Source: Girardia tigrina (Eukaryota). Taken from it: 64,000 nucleotides of DNA. Each line of letters starts with the position of its first letter. The stretch's first letter is position 1. The DNA is taken from positions 1-64,000 of the forward strand of contig MQRK01221289.1 in the NCBI GenBank assembly GCA_001938485.1, given 5' to 3'. The notes beneath the pieces were generated by a model. It was not told the origin of the DNA, did no database searches, and was given only the letters and a program-made list of their open reading frames with translations. Positions 25,913 to 40,900 of the stretch are shown piece by piece. A program made the position numbers and the translations under genes.

Positions 25913-28900
25913 TGGACATAAGCCATTGGGCTGTTGGTGCCCAAATTATGCACAAGCATTATGGCTTAGTTTTGCATATTTTTGAGTGAATCAGTAGGCA
26001 AGTAACCTGGTGGAATCTATCTCTTCTCCAATTATGAATAGCCGTTGGTTCTAAAGAGCTCATCCGCCCTTTGCTAGGTGTTGTTTTTCATTCTGTTGGA
26101 TGTCCACACACCCTCTTCACCCATGTTGCTCTTGATGAGGAGTCGGTTTAGTCGCCAACCATTCGACCATGAGACAATTGGCACAGGTGCACATGGTACC
26201 TTATGCTGGCATGATTGTCTGACCTGACCCGAATAGTCAATGGACCCGAGTATTCCCAATCGTTACCCATTTAAGTACTAAGACGGCCGTCGGTTGTTTA
26301 ATTTCGGAGATCAGAATAATTTAATGTACCCAATCGCGGCAATTGACTATCTACAATAAATAAATAAAAAATATATAATAAATATGTATCTCGAGAAATC
26401 AGGTAGTATATTATCTATAGAAATTGGATAACATTTCGATTATTAAAATTAAACTATTAGATTTTTGTTTGAATATGATTCGACAGTTTTATGCACTTTT
26501 TTAAATATTGTACATCAAATAAATTATCCAATTCCCGATATTTGTCTTTTATTTTATAATCAACTCTTAGAAAAATGCTTCCAAATGCAATAATTTTTCA
26601 TCACTAAATTCACAATTGCCTAATTTATTCATTAATAGAAATTTCAGTATACTTCAGCTTTGAAACCACTGAATTGAATATTTCATCAACATGTTCCTGT
26701 ATATTTAATTTTACTACAAATTATTTGTCAGCGAAATTAGTGAACTTCGTGAACATTAAGAGGTTGATAAAGGTTTTCATTTGAAAAAGTGAATATGTTT
26801 TGATGAATTTAAAATCCAATTTAAATAAATGAATGACAGAAAAAGAAATTTAATAACTATTTTCTGATTAATTATAATGACCATCAATTTTGTTTTTAAA
26901 CTTCAATAAAAGATTAATGCATAATAGAAATTTCAGTAAAAAGTCAAACCTCAATATAGGCAATTGATAAATCACGACAAAAGAAAATCTGACTGTTATT
27001 ACGGGCATCAAATTTATTATGACCAACTTTAATTTGTTCAATAACTTTATTATCTGATTCTATCACAAGTTTCGACACCAACCAGTCATAGGCTTTCGTC
27101 CATTCTAAATGTTAATGAAGTCATTACCATTAACCAGTGACTTTGATGAAAAATTTACAAATTGCAAAAACGTAAAGAAAAATCTTTGTTCATCTAATTG
27201 ACATAAATGGAAGAAAATATAAATATAATATAAACTAGAGTATTTCAAACATTTTTGGCTCCAAATGTCAATAAAAATGTTAAATTCAGTTATCTATATA
27301 TAAAATCTATAGAATAATCTACAAGGTAACCACAGTCTTTAGACAAGTAAAAAATTAAATTTCAATTGATGTAGGAAAATGGTGAAAGGTTAAAATAATA
27401 AAAAGTGAATCTTTAAATATTTATTCAAGTTAAATGAAAGTTTATATGTACGTTTTACGAATGATTTTTAAAATATATTCAATTCTCGTCTATGTTCTCT
27501 TTAACAGGCTTTTTTCAGTGGTCTACACAGCGGTATTAACCCTTTTATTATAATTATGTTTTTTATTTTGATAGGGACACGGAATATTTCCAATAACCTT
27601 CAAGAATGATTCTCCGAAAGAACTCATCTCTTCCTAATCAACGATTTGGAAATATTTATTTAAAAATTAACAGAGATTTTTTTCAATAGTTAGGTTGCGC
27701 GTCATCTTCCAGAAATATAACATTCAGCTATAGTTTTTTTAGTTGTGATAAAATGAAATCTCTTCGAGTTTAAAAGTAAATATCAACTACTATTATTTTT
27801 ACGGATAAAAAATGATCAAGTAAATTAGTTGCATGTCAAGTTCGATTTCTCTAGTAACGAGCAAGGCTTTCATATTCCATAATTTATTGCATTATGCATG
27901 TTAATATTTCCAAACACAATAAAAGTTGCCTCATCGATAAATCAAATGTGACTGAGAAAGAGGTTATCATTTTGGATTTTTTTCCAGAATTTGAAGCACA
28001 AAGTTCTTTTGTTTTGGCTTCTCATCAATTTAATTGATTTCAGTAATTGAATCTTATTAGTAATAAGTCTTCGATTGCATGGACGACTTTGAATTATTTA
28101 TTTTGTTTTTGCATTTGTTATTAAACAAAAGCAACATGCATGTATTTTTTTGGACTAAAACAGTGGTTCTCAATCTTTTTTGACTCGTGCCCCCCTCCAA
28201 AATATATTTGCACGTGTGGCCCCCTTCCTAATTTAAAAAAGTATTTATTTTATAATTTTTATACAATATTCATAGAGAAAACAAATGTACAGTATAAAGA
28301 GTTTTTATTCTATAAAATTTCTGAAGGATCTCATTAAGGAGTTTTACTTAGTAAGTTCCTTGCACCTGATGTACACTAAACAATTTTCACTAAACAATTT
28401 TAGTCACTAAAATAAAACACCATACATGGTTTCATTTTTGAAAATGACTCAGTTTAAGTATTTCAATACAGCGATAAAAATATTGCATTAAATTACAGTT
28501 AATTAATAAAAACGATGAGTGAGGCAAAATTTTTACAGGATAAAATAATTTCTTTTTTTAGCAAATATGTATATTATACAAAAGCTTTATAAATGTGATA
28601 AGTACATTCATCAATTCCAAACCTTACGAAGATTATCTACTGGTACATTTCTGAGTGTGATTTTAAAATGTACTTTATGAGTCACAGTAATTTAGTGCAA
28701 ATTAAGTTCAAAAGTTCTGACTTCACTCCAAATATTACTTTTTCCATTGTTAAATATCGTTCCCCTAACTACTTTATTGCATATACTCCCAGCAATACAT
28801 CTAAATTCTCCGGTAACTTATCCATAACTAAAGAACCAAATTTTATCTTTTTATTCCCACAATTGATACCTACAATACAAGACCCCACAGTAATCTCCTA

Positions 28901-31900
28901 CTCATTTCTTTGGGTCCTAACCTTGTTGAGGTTCCTTGATCATAAAAATATAACAAAGAATATAATAATAAATAATTATTAAACCAAATAACGGAATATA
29001 AAAATATAAACAAATAAATAATAATAAAATAAAATATGGATCATTGCATTGTTTCCTGGTCATCCATGGCTTCGACATAAAGTTCATGGGCGATGAGTAG
29101 AGTCGTAAAACAATTATTTTCAATTATAATAAAAAACTATGTCAACTATCAATAACAATATAAATAACATATGGAAACAATGATACAATTATACAAAAAT
29201 ATTAGATTTTTTTCCAATCATTTTCATTTCTGTTATAGTTACTTAAGGGCTGATTTTCAAATTATAACTTCTTTTTCTTTTGATAATGTAACAAAATGTA
29301 ACGTTGCTCATTAATTTTTACTGAAATATTAGTTTATATAGAATAGATAAATTCAAAAAAACACAAATAGTTTCTATTTATCGGATGGTGAAGCAAATTG
29401 CTAGAAGATCGGATATTCCAATATGGAAAGCAGTATTTGATAAAATGTGTGGCAGAGGGGCTCACATTCCGATAAATTGGTCCCACAGAATCCATATATA
29501 GTTATGATTTTGGATTACCAGTGATGAGGAATGAGGTTCTGAAATCAGGTTACAGTGAATGGAAAGTTGGAGATAAGGTGTTCGCGCAATCTAGTCTACA
29601 TGTAAGATATATCAGGATTTGTAATTAGAATGGTAAGCGACAAGTTCTTTGATATCGATGGGGCACCGATATATATGTAGAACATACGACAGAGACACGA
29701 ACCAAACGACAGACAGGTGGATATTGCCGATCTCGAACAAAACGAAAATCAATATCAGATGAGCATCAGTAGCAGTAGTAACGAAGCCGAATGTGACAAA
29801 CCAGAAGAAGGAGAAACTAGTGTCCCAAGGTCGAATTGAATACGGAAGGGACCTCACTGGCTGAATGACTATGTGAACTAGATTTCAAGTGGGGATCTTA
29901 ATTATATTTGATGGAAATTAACTAATGTATTCGTCGAAACTGAAGTCGATTTTAGAAGTGGCGTGGTTATTTTGAATGTTAATATATTGTTTGATAAAGA
30001 ACGTTTGTTTTTTCTTTTGATTGAGTCAGAAATTTTTTTCGAAACTACATATGTCTAAGTCACACGGTTCAGATTGCTTCATTTTTTTTAATTTTTTGCA
30101 GTAATCTGTCATTTTGATAACATCAAATCCCCTTGATATTTCATTTATGTACTGACGAAGATGTTAGCCTCACACTTAACTAAAACCTACCAGATTACCA
30201 GGTAAGAAATACGAATTCAATAAGTGTTCTTTGGTACTTAGATATTGAGTTATATTACAGCCCACGTCTTTAAATTTTTCCAATATATTACTGACTATAT
30301 CTCTGTAGCATTGATTCTTATGGTAACTTAGAAACTGCGAAATAACTTATTTGAATTAGATCAAAACTTTACGTTCTTTGTCACAAACTAAAAATCTGAT
30401 GACAATTTTCTTATAAGCAGTCCAATAAAAAAATCCTTCTTAAAGTTAGAAATTTCATGCACAAATATTGAAAACATTTCCCATTCTTTAGCATAACTTT
30501 AACAAACTGCTTCATGAACCAAAGATTAATGTGATGAGAGGGCAATAAGATTTTGGTGGGTCTACTGGAATGTTTTCTTTCCCTCCTATTATACAAAATC
30601 ATAAGTTTTTCTTTCCCAAAAATTCAACAATGTTTCCAAATTGTCATGCGCGTGATTCACTATTGATTATTTGTCATTCTTATGATTAACCGATACTGAT
30701 ATTCATCCTTCGTATCGAAACTAATCTCAAATTACACGCAAAAATCTAATGTCGTGATAATATCCAAGCTCGTAAATTTGCCTCAATTCTCAATTTCGAT
30801 CTGATAGTATTTAAAAAATCTTGGTGTCATCTCTATGGGTTTTACAGAACATTTATTACATTCACATTTCTTGTCATCTTTATGATGATCAATAGTATTG
30901 CTTTCACTATAATCCATCACTCAATTTTCAATATCTCTCATTATAATCTGAACTATACTTGAGAAAATTATTTTATTAAAAAATATTTAATTTAAATTTT
31001 ATTGGCTTAAATAAAATATTTCTATAGTTATTTTTAAACATTAATTTGATTGTAATTATTTAAAAATTTACAAAAATAAAATCAATAAAATTATTTAAAA
31101 GTTGCAATAATAAAAATTAAAAATTTGGATATTAAATCTAAATTTAAATAAATTAGTTTTAGATTATAAGAATTAAAATATTGATCCTCCATCTGATTAG
31201 GAGAGGCACAATCCCAAATCAACACACAACATTTAAACATGCAAACACTACAAAAAACAATTACACACCCCATATTCCTCACACAAGTGATCATGTTACC
31301 CTTTCGATTTACGCCAGCAATGTATTTTTATTTATGAAATATTTAGAAAAAAATTTTTACGTATAATTAAAATCAATATACTTTTTTGAAAAGAACATTC
31401 GTATTCATAATATTAATTTAACATAGAAAAAAAAGCAGTTCGACTTCAGTGACTCATCTAAACTGTACTTGTTTAAACCTATTCAAAGTCAACATGTCAA
31501 TTCATTATAACAAATATTATGTTTTTTTTATAAATGAATATAAAATATTTTTAATTAGCTTTTGTAACATAAATATATTTTTTAGAATTAATTAAAAACC
31601 TCTTGAAGAAATAAGTTCCATTTCTGAAGATGATTGAAATTTCAAACCAAGATTATCATCTATTTTGTAAAGGAAGTCCATCGAGTTAAAAGGGAAAACT
31701 AATTCAACAGATTCTGTGCTTTTATTACGTATTGTTTTAAAGCATTGTAGAATGTAATTGCTTGTTTGCTGAAGAATGACACTATTATCCCCCTCGTAAG
31801 TACAGTTGGCATCATTATCATTACTGAATTAATAAATTGTATTATACATCATATGATCAATAAAACTAGTTACCGTATTTGACCAAGGCGACTACAAAGC

Positions 31901-34900
31901 AAATATCCATGACCGCCACATGCTTCACGACATTCCTGAGCACAATTCTGAGCTGTCCATGTTGAAATTGCTTTGGAAGCACAACTCAATGCATGCATTT
32001 CTTTCCCACGATCATTTTGATCTTTTTTCATACCAGCTTGCAAATCAGCTTGAAATTTGATCATTTCTAACATGATAAATTCAGCGAAATGATTTATGGC
32101 ATATGTAGCAGCAAGATAGGGTATCAATCTGTATTGCTGAATAAAAATATTTGATATAACCTTAAGATATTTCAAGTGGTGCGTTCAATAATTACCCGGC
32201 CTAAGGTAAAAAAATGTAAAAGCAAATTTTAGTTCCTTTGTGTGATTAAATAAATTAATATAGGTTTTAATTTCCGTAATAGGAAATCGGTAACTCAGAT
32301 TTGTTACCGAGCGATTATTACCTCTTCAGGCACCTACAGAAGCTTTTAAGAGGCATCCAGTTCGACCCAGAGACAATTTGAAGGTTGATGTGGAGGATTT
32401 CTTCACCGAATGCCACCCATAAATTTTCAAAAGGCGTTTTCTGAGTTGATTATTTGTTGGCGGAAGTGTGTGGAGCGAAATGTACATTATTTTGAAAAAT
32501 GATGCATACATACGCTAAGCTTGTTGTGTCATAAAAGTGGCTCTTTTTAGAATTCGTTTTCTTTGTTAGGTCGGATACTTATTAAACTCACCATGTATAT
32601 TGAATTCATAACCAAATTAAAACAACTAATATAACCCTTTCGCTGATCTAAACATATATACTCGTTAAAATGTATTTCCTATAGGCTCTGATTGAGCCTT
32701 TTCGCGTCTAGTTTAAAATAATTGCTATCTGATCTACAAGAACAAATTAGCTGCTTCTAAATCCGTCAAATTGATAAACAAGAAAAAACACGCAACCACT
32801 GAAATATGTGCAAATAGTGAAATAGTGAGCTCGAAATTTCAAAACGTTTTGCACAGTGGAAATGCTCAAGTGAATTCAACTTTAGTTTGATTTATTTTTA
32901 TCACAGTAAAATGAGTGGATAATTAGTTCATTTTATTCGAAATCTATTCCGTAAACGGACTATGTTTACCATCATTTACATCTAATATTCAAATTATTTT
33001 CTTCGTCAATGGTAATTAAACTTTTTCTAGGGAGGGTCATATTGAAAACATTATGCCAACTTTAATTATAATTTACTAAGGATGGCAATATGAATTAATG
33101 ATAGCTGTGAGGAATATTTTAAATTTGGTATGTTGAAATTGGTTTGTTGAATTTTGTATGTTGAGTTTAGTATTTGGAAATGTGTTTCTCCCACCCAGAT
33201 GGAAAATTGATATTTTNNNNNNNNNNNNNNNNNNNNNNNNNNNNNNNNNNNNNNNNNNNNNNNNNNNNNNNNNNNNNNNNNNNNNNNNNNNNNNNNNNNN
33301 NNNNNNNNNNNNNNNNNNNNNNNNNNNNNNNNNNNNNNNNNNAATTATCAATTTAGAACGATGTCGAATGACGAGAGTTTTGCTGAGAGTTGTCCAAAAG
33401 ACAATTCTGATTGTAATGAAAATAAAAGTTTGAAAAGCCATGTTGGTGTTCTTAATAATAGCAAATATAACTAATTACTGTTATTTATTTTACATACACT
33501 AACAAACATATTCTACATTGAATAGGCCTTAAATATTTTCAAATTTGAAACTAAAATTTTACAATACAATTATTACAAATTAACATTTATTGTTACTTAT
33601 CATTCGAAGACGAAATTTACTTTGAATACAAAATAAACAAAAGAACAATTATGATTAATGAGAAGTTAATAATTGTTCACCATTTTGGATATTGTTACTA
33701 GTTGCCGATGTGAAACTAGTTTGCCGATTGTCATTTCACATGATTACATTCAAATTCCTGTCAGTCACCATCGATCTTAGACTTATTTATATTTAGATAG
33801 GAAAATGTTTGTTCTCAGATTCATGTTAATCAAAATAGTAACAAAGGTTTAGCAGCAATTTTTTAAGTGTGGAAAAGTTGCTTCAGACAACAATCCATAG
33901 CAATTCATCAAAAGAACTGATTTTAGCTTCGCCTCTATGTCATAATTTGCTTGTAAGTTAAGTAGCTCTAACTGTATGTTTTAAGGGACTGAATTGGCTT
34001 TTGCTTTAAATGACGAACTGTGAGTATTGGAGAGTGGTTCCAAGTTCTTGAAATCTTGAAAACGTTTCTCGAATTGCACAACCAATACATCCAATTAAGC
34101 CTCATACCTTTCAGTCAATCATCAGAAATCGTTTTCTGTTTCAGTAAAGGGAAATGACTAAACCTATAAGTATTTGCTTGTCTGGAAAACATCATATTTT
34201 AAAGTTTGCACTATTTCTTATTGTACCCTAGACTTTGCTAACACTTCTTTTTATGACTTGTTTATACCTTTTAATCTTTATTGTCCTAATAATGAAATTT
34301 TTATTTTTCATTTTTATTGTACCCGCAACTAAAAATTGATCAGATAGTAACCATTTATTATAGAAATAGGATTTTGTATCTACTTATTACAAATGGCAGA
34401 CACTCCAGCATACAATACATTAAAAACACAAACTTGACTAAGTATGTTTTACGGTTAACAGTCTATCTAGTACAAAACTGTATTGTACAAATTGATAATT
34501 GCAATACAGTTGCGAGAATTCAGAAGTTTCATGTTATTATTTCAAAATTTAATTCTTCATTCATAATCCAAGGGTAATAAGATTAGTAAGAAACATGGAA
34601 GTTTATTATCACTCAAATAAGATGATATCGAGACAGAGAGAACATTCTTTGCGATTACCTTTAAGCAACGTTTTCCGAATTCCGCCATTCCCAAATAATG
34701 CAAATCAATGGTCATTCAGTACATAATTGTATAATGAACGAAAAATTTTAAAAAATATTTTGAAGTTAAAAATAATTAAAATATAGAAAAAATATAAATA
34801 TAGATAAAATATAAAACTAACCTGTGTTTGATATTCAATTATTGGATACTCAGTCGAATCATTTTCTGGTCCAAATTGTCGCCGGACGGCTGAATATCTT

Positions 34901-37900
34901 ATTGCAATGGTAATAAGTAACTTTAAATTATTGGCACCAATTCCAGTAATACCAGCTCTTCCTATTGATAAAATTCCAAGACTAGCACCAAGACGTTTTG
35001 ATGAGTCCTATAAATTTTAATTTGAAATTATTTTTCCATAAAATTCTTACAGAAGTTTATTAATTATTATTATAGTATCAAAATATTTTTTAATGCTGAC
35101 TTATTGGAAACTAAATTAATATTATATATAGAGTGGCAAAGAATTAACTGTCGAAAATTAATTCACGAAAAAGAAACAACATATGAGAAGTTTTTTTTAT
35201 TGTAAATGTAAAACGTGGGGATGATAAAAAATGAATGAGCTAAAGTTTCAAAATGCCAGCCGAAAGAGTTGATTCTGGAAGCAATTCTTTTTGCCCATCA
35301 TGACAAATTCTCAGTCTTGTTAGACATCAATGTAGCAAGTATATTTTATTCATAAAATATTTCAGTTGTTATTATGACCCGGAAACAATATCTCTACCAT
35401 CTCAGTTTTCATGAGTTTTATATATAGTTTTTGGTGACATTAAACCTAGGTCTTCCATGTTATATAAAATTTATTCTTATAAAATGAAATAGATTTTCAA
35501 GAAAAAAATTTACTACTCAAAAAGTTATTTTAATTTATATTCCAAAATTAACTTCATTTTAAAGTCTTTCGACTGTTGACCGTAGAATTCCTGAGGATTA
35601 TGTTATACCAAAAAAGGTAACCCTAGAAAGTATTATATTGAATTATAAAAGTGAATTAAAAATGATGGAAAGATCCTCGCAAAAATCCATCGAGTTTGAA
35701 CTACTCAGAGTCAAATAATTTTCAATATTCAAATGGATGAATTTAACTGCATGACAACAATTAAAGTATTCAGTACGATTAAATAGACCTATAACTTATA
35801 AAAAAATAATCAAAACACTTTAAAAAATTTTCATATTTGTTGACGTTAAAAATTTTCTTAAATCATTTATAAATATTAATAAAATTAAATTAAAGAATAA
35901 AGTAATTGTAAATGATGAGCGTTAATTATTTAATTATTAATTAATTAAATTTTAAGACAATTTCCAAAAATATTAATGATTTTGAAGAGTTTGCATTTAA
36001 AAAGCATACATTTACAGCAAACATTTCATACAGACATTTATAATTTTAGTCATACCTTACACACCGAATTATAAATCAATTGCATAAATAACTACTTTAA
36101 CAATAATACGTAGAAAAAATATTAAAAAATCGTCTACATTGTATATAACATTGGGTGCACTAGTCAACAATGTTTAACTACGCATCAGCCCTGGTGTATA
36201 CTTGATTATTTAAATGGTGATTAATCAACCGCTAGATAAACTATCCGACCTAGTTGAAAATCCCAACTTAAACAGATTAAACAGCTGAAATAATAAGATA
36301 AACCTGTTTTAAATACCCACTTATAAATTTATAATATACAGTTTATTTGCATGACATCAATGAAACTACTCGAAATTGATATAAAATGACGATTAACACG
36401 ATTAACAGAAATTATGTGAATCAAAAATGTATACGATAATGATGTACCAAATATTTATTATGATAATCAATAATATACATTATTAAACTAGTTGAATATA
36501 ATTAATAAAATTAGTAAATATTTTTCATTAATAAATTAGTTTAAATTGCAATCAAATCATAAAATTTAAAATAAAATTTTAATAATGGAGAAACAAGAGA
36601 AATACCGGAGAAAAGTGAGAATAAATAGTAATTGTTTGGAAATTAAAATACGAATTAATTTATTTTAAATACTGATTTATTAACTCCTACAGGAAAGAGG
36701 ATCCAAAGTTTACTATCCCAAAATGCATTTAGTAGATTCAAAATTTTATGTCAGTTGTACAAAGCAATATCAGATGAACAATTTATTTTTATTGTACATC
36801 CTAAATAAAAAATAAAATAGTTGTTTTTCTAATTATTATTTTACTTATATGATATAAAACTGTTTGACGAAAAATCAAAGAAAAACATTAAGTTTTACAA
36901 GCAATTGAATATTTAAATTAATTAATTCATATCAAAACTATACAAGAAATAATATAATCATACCAAAAAAGTTTTTGGTGTACAAGCTTTTATAATTTGT
37001 CATATGTTTGCGGTTCTGTATCTATTTCACCCACTTCCCACATTTTTTGACTGAATTATCAAAGCCTACTAGGCAAAAACCCGCTTTCTATTTGCATTTA
37101 GATGTAGCAAATTTCAAAGCCTACTACTGAGGAAAACATGAGAACGACACTTTAATTACTTTTTGTGGCCAAACTAAAGGCGGTAGATGAGCAGTGACAG
37201 TGAAAAAGTGTATTGTCACCTAGAATACATCAGTCCTGAAAGTTTCATGTCGCTAGGTTAACGGGAAGTGTGTGAATTTTCGATCGCAAGATTTGATGCA
37301 TCCGACAGACAAACAAATGAAACGTAATAAAAGCTTGTAAAAAAGGCGTTTTTTTCGTTTTGGTCTTTAATAACTCCGTTTTTCCTTGAAACTTCTGAAC
37401 TACAAATAAAACATTCTTGACTTCAGTTTATCAATCAATGTAATAACAGTAATTTACCTTTTACATTTCTTTGGTTTCAATGATTCTTCGTTACCAGTTT
37501 GATATTCGGATAAAATCGTAAGATTTAATTATAATTTAAGTTATTAAGCAAAATTTACTTCCTTTAGATAAATTTTATTTTAAAAATGAAATTTTGAAGA
37601 AATTTTTATAAAAACACAACCCTTAATATGTCAAAATTATATAAAGACATTAAGACTTACTCATAAACAAAAATTGGAAATCAATCCAGCAGGAAATTTC
37701 AAAATAAACCCAGCAGAAAATGTTAGTTTATAGTTCTAATGCTCACATTATTCGCTACTTTAAAGAAATATTTCAAAATATTTTTTTTAATATTCATTTT
37801 TTTGATATTTGAGCAAACTGCCATTAATAATGATATTGTACCCAATAAGTGGTACCTAGACAGCTAATACTGTATTAAATCAAGTGAATGGTTTTTTGAG

Positions 37901-40900
37901 TGCTCACACGACACGGGAAAGATTTAATTTATCATACAATATTCAAACCAGCGTAAAAAATTTAATAAAAAAATAGTATAAATTATGTAGTGCCAAGCTT
38001 GTAACAGTTAAACGGTAAATATAAAATTTGATGTGTGAAATTATTATTCTAAAACTACTAAACTGTTAATTAATTACTTTAATTATTTGATTGTATAATA
38101 AATCTTTCTAAAAATAATAATAAAATTAATATACAAAATGAATCTATTATTATTATTATAAAAACTTGAATCCAAAAGAAATACAATAAACAATTTCAAG
38201 AAAATTCATTTAAAAAAATAAACTCACAGTGTAAGGAGTTTTGTAGATTCCGTCGGCAAGAATATCTCCATTCTTTTTGAACAAGGCATTCTTTGGAATT
38301 CGATAATTGTTAAATTGTACAAATCTAAGTGAAGAAATCTTAAAAGTAATAAAAAGTGCTATCAAAGTCATAACCCATTGTCTAAACCATTTAAACCAAT
38401 TTTTGGACCCATATCACCAATCAAAACACCAGTATATGTCTTCATATTACTTGAAGATCGGAGAGGAGTGAGAAACATATGAATTCCATGATCATTGCCT
38501 ATACTGTCGATCAATCTTGCAAACACTATACCATGCGTTGCTGTTTTTCCGAGATTTCCCGACCAAACTTTTAGTGCTTCTAGGTCTGGTGTATTGAGTA
38601 TAAATTCCTAAAATAAAAATTAAGTGAAAAATATTATTTTCATATTCTTTTATTCAAGTCAGAGGTTTTTATAAAAATAATTACAAATATGTAAATCAGT
38701 TTAATTGCTTATATTTGGTTCATTATTTATGGTATCTTAGAATTTGCAACCTTTCCAAAATTTTGCGTGAAAAACTTCATTACAAAAAAGTTTGCTCTGT
38801 TTGGGTCCCTCACGAACTTTCTGCTGCTAATAAACAACAACGCATTAACACTGCAAAGCATATACGCTATGTAATTTCACAGATGGGTGATGAAGCATAT
38901 TCCAACATAGCGATCGAGGATGAGACATGGGTCTTTTTCCAAGGTAGAGGAAAGAAAGAAGATCACAAAGTTTGGATTCCTTCTAATGCTGTTCCACCAA
39001 AAGTGATAAAGCCATCGTCAATGACTGATAAAAAATCTCTTGTTTTCGTAACTTTTACCTGCAACAAAAGGTTTAATGTAAAAGCACTGCCATATGGTAC
39101 CAAGATTGATTCCGAGGCGTATGTGAACTTTGTTCATGATACTGGTGAAAAATGGCGGAAGCTTAGATCTAACAGCATCAAGCTAAAGGAACTTAAGTGG
39201 TGGCATGATAATGCAAGACCTCATTCTAGCAAAGAAACAACTCTTTTTTTTGAAAGAAGAAAAATTGAAAAAAAATTTTCAATCGCCCTATAGTCCAGAT
39301 TTTAATCTGTGTGACAGATTCTAGTTTTCAAAAATGAAGAAAAGTTTTAAAATCATGTTTTCAAATCACATGTAGAAATTGAAGAAGCTTGTAAATTCTT
39401 TTTTAATTCTTTATCACCAGAAACATTAAAAAATCAACTAGATAAACTTTTTAACTATTGTCAGTTGGTTATTGACAACAATAGTGAATGAACGTTGACA
39501 TGATGGATGCAATACGTTGACATGATATATGCATGACGATATCTCCATGGATACGGTCATGTTTTGAATGGTTGTTACGATATTGGTTATTACCATAGTA
39601 TTATATCATAATATAATACATACCTATAATATTTGCACACATAATGTGCATATCTTCGAAAAAGCACTACGTATTGATTTTTTAAAAATCTAAGATCCTA
39701 TTCTGACTATTCATATATGAATTACTCCCTAGGGCTCCATGTGTTCAAACAGATTTTTCATATTTTGCTTTCTTCACCTTATATACCCTATGAAGTTTCT
39801 CTCTCACTTTACGCTATAAAACACAACATCTCAATAAAGCACTATGCATTGATTTTTTCGAGAATCTAAGATCATATTCCGTCTATTTACCTATGGGTTC
39901 CTATCCATGTGTTCAGACAGATTTTCGATATTTTGCTTGCTTCACCTTATATACCCTATGAGAGTTCTGCCCCACTTTAAACTATATTATATTAAAACAT
40001 GAATATATTACACTTTGTACAATTGTGAACTTATTGATTTTGCACACTTGTACTAAGCTTAATCAGGCTGCACATGTGCAGCCTAGGCAGCCTAGGCAGC
40101 CTGCCTAGGCTTAGTGCAGTATTGATTAGCACATGTGGAGTATTGATTTTGGCACTTTTTTGTGTAATTTTGTTGGTTTTTACATGTTTTCGATGATTTG
40201 TAAAGTGTTTTTCATGGTTTTAGAGATAACAGTGATGGTTTCTAAGGTGTTTTCGACTAACTATATATATATATATATATATAATATTAAAATGTTATTT
40301 ATCATGGTTACGGTAACCATGATACTTTGATAGGTGATGGTTAGGCTGAGGTACATTAGATGATTATACAGATGTTATGTATTATATTGATGCATGCTTG
40401 AAGTACAGAAGGAGTTTTACATGTAGATTTTACATGTAAAATAAAATGTTATGTATCTTGGTTACGGTAACTGTGAAGGACTCATATGAAAAATAATCCT
40501 TTAAATTTTTGAATAAATAATTTTTTATAAATAATATTTGAAATAAGTAAATATTTAAAATAAAAAGTTTTTCTAATAATGTAAAAAATATCGCAATTAA
40601 TTTTAAAAAGTTATTTTCGAGAATAATCGAATTTTATTTGTAGTGTAAAAAAAACTTAAAATGAAATTAATTGGGAAATAATGGATTTTTAAATAATTGA
40701 TTAAAAAAAAAATATATATATATAAATACAATGATAAAATAGGTTGTAATAATTTTAAAAGTTATTCTAAATAATGTTGTAAAAAAATTTTAATTAAGAC
40801 TTTTATCATTAACGTATCATAAAAATAATAAAATTTGTAAATATTGAAAAAAATAAAACATTAAAATCTTTATTAATTAGAAATGTTTCAATAAAAAAGA

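Noticed and set aside
26235-26347. Functional 5S rRNA gene
   Set aside because: Shorter than 5S, degenerate internal promoter boxes, no oligo-T terminator, and fused to a body and tail.
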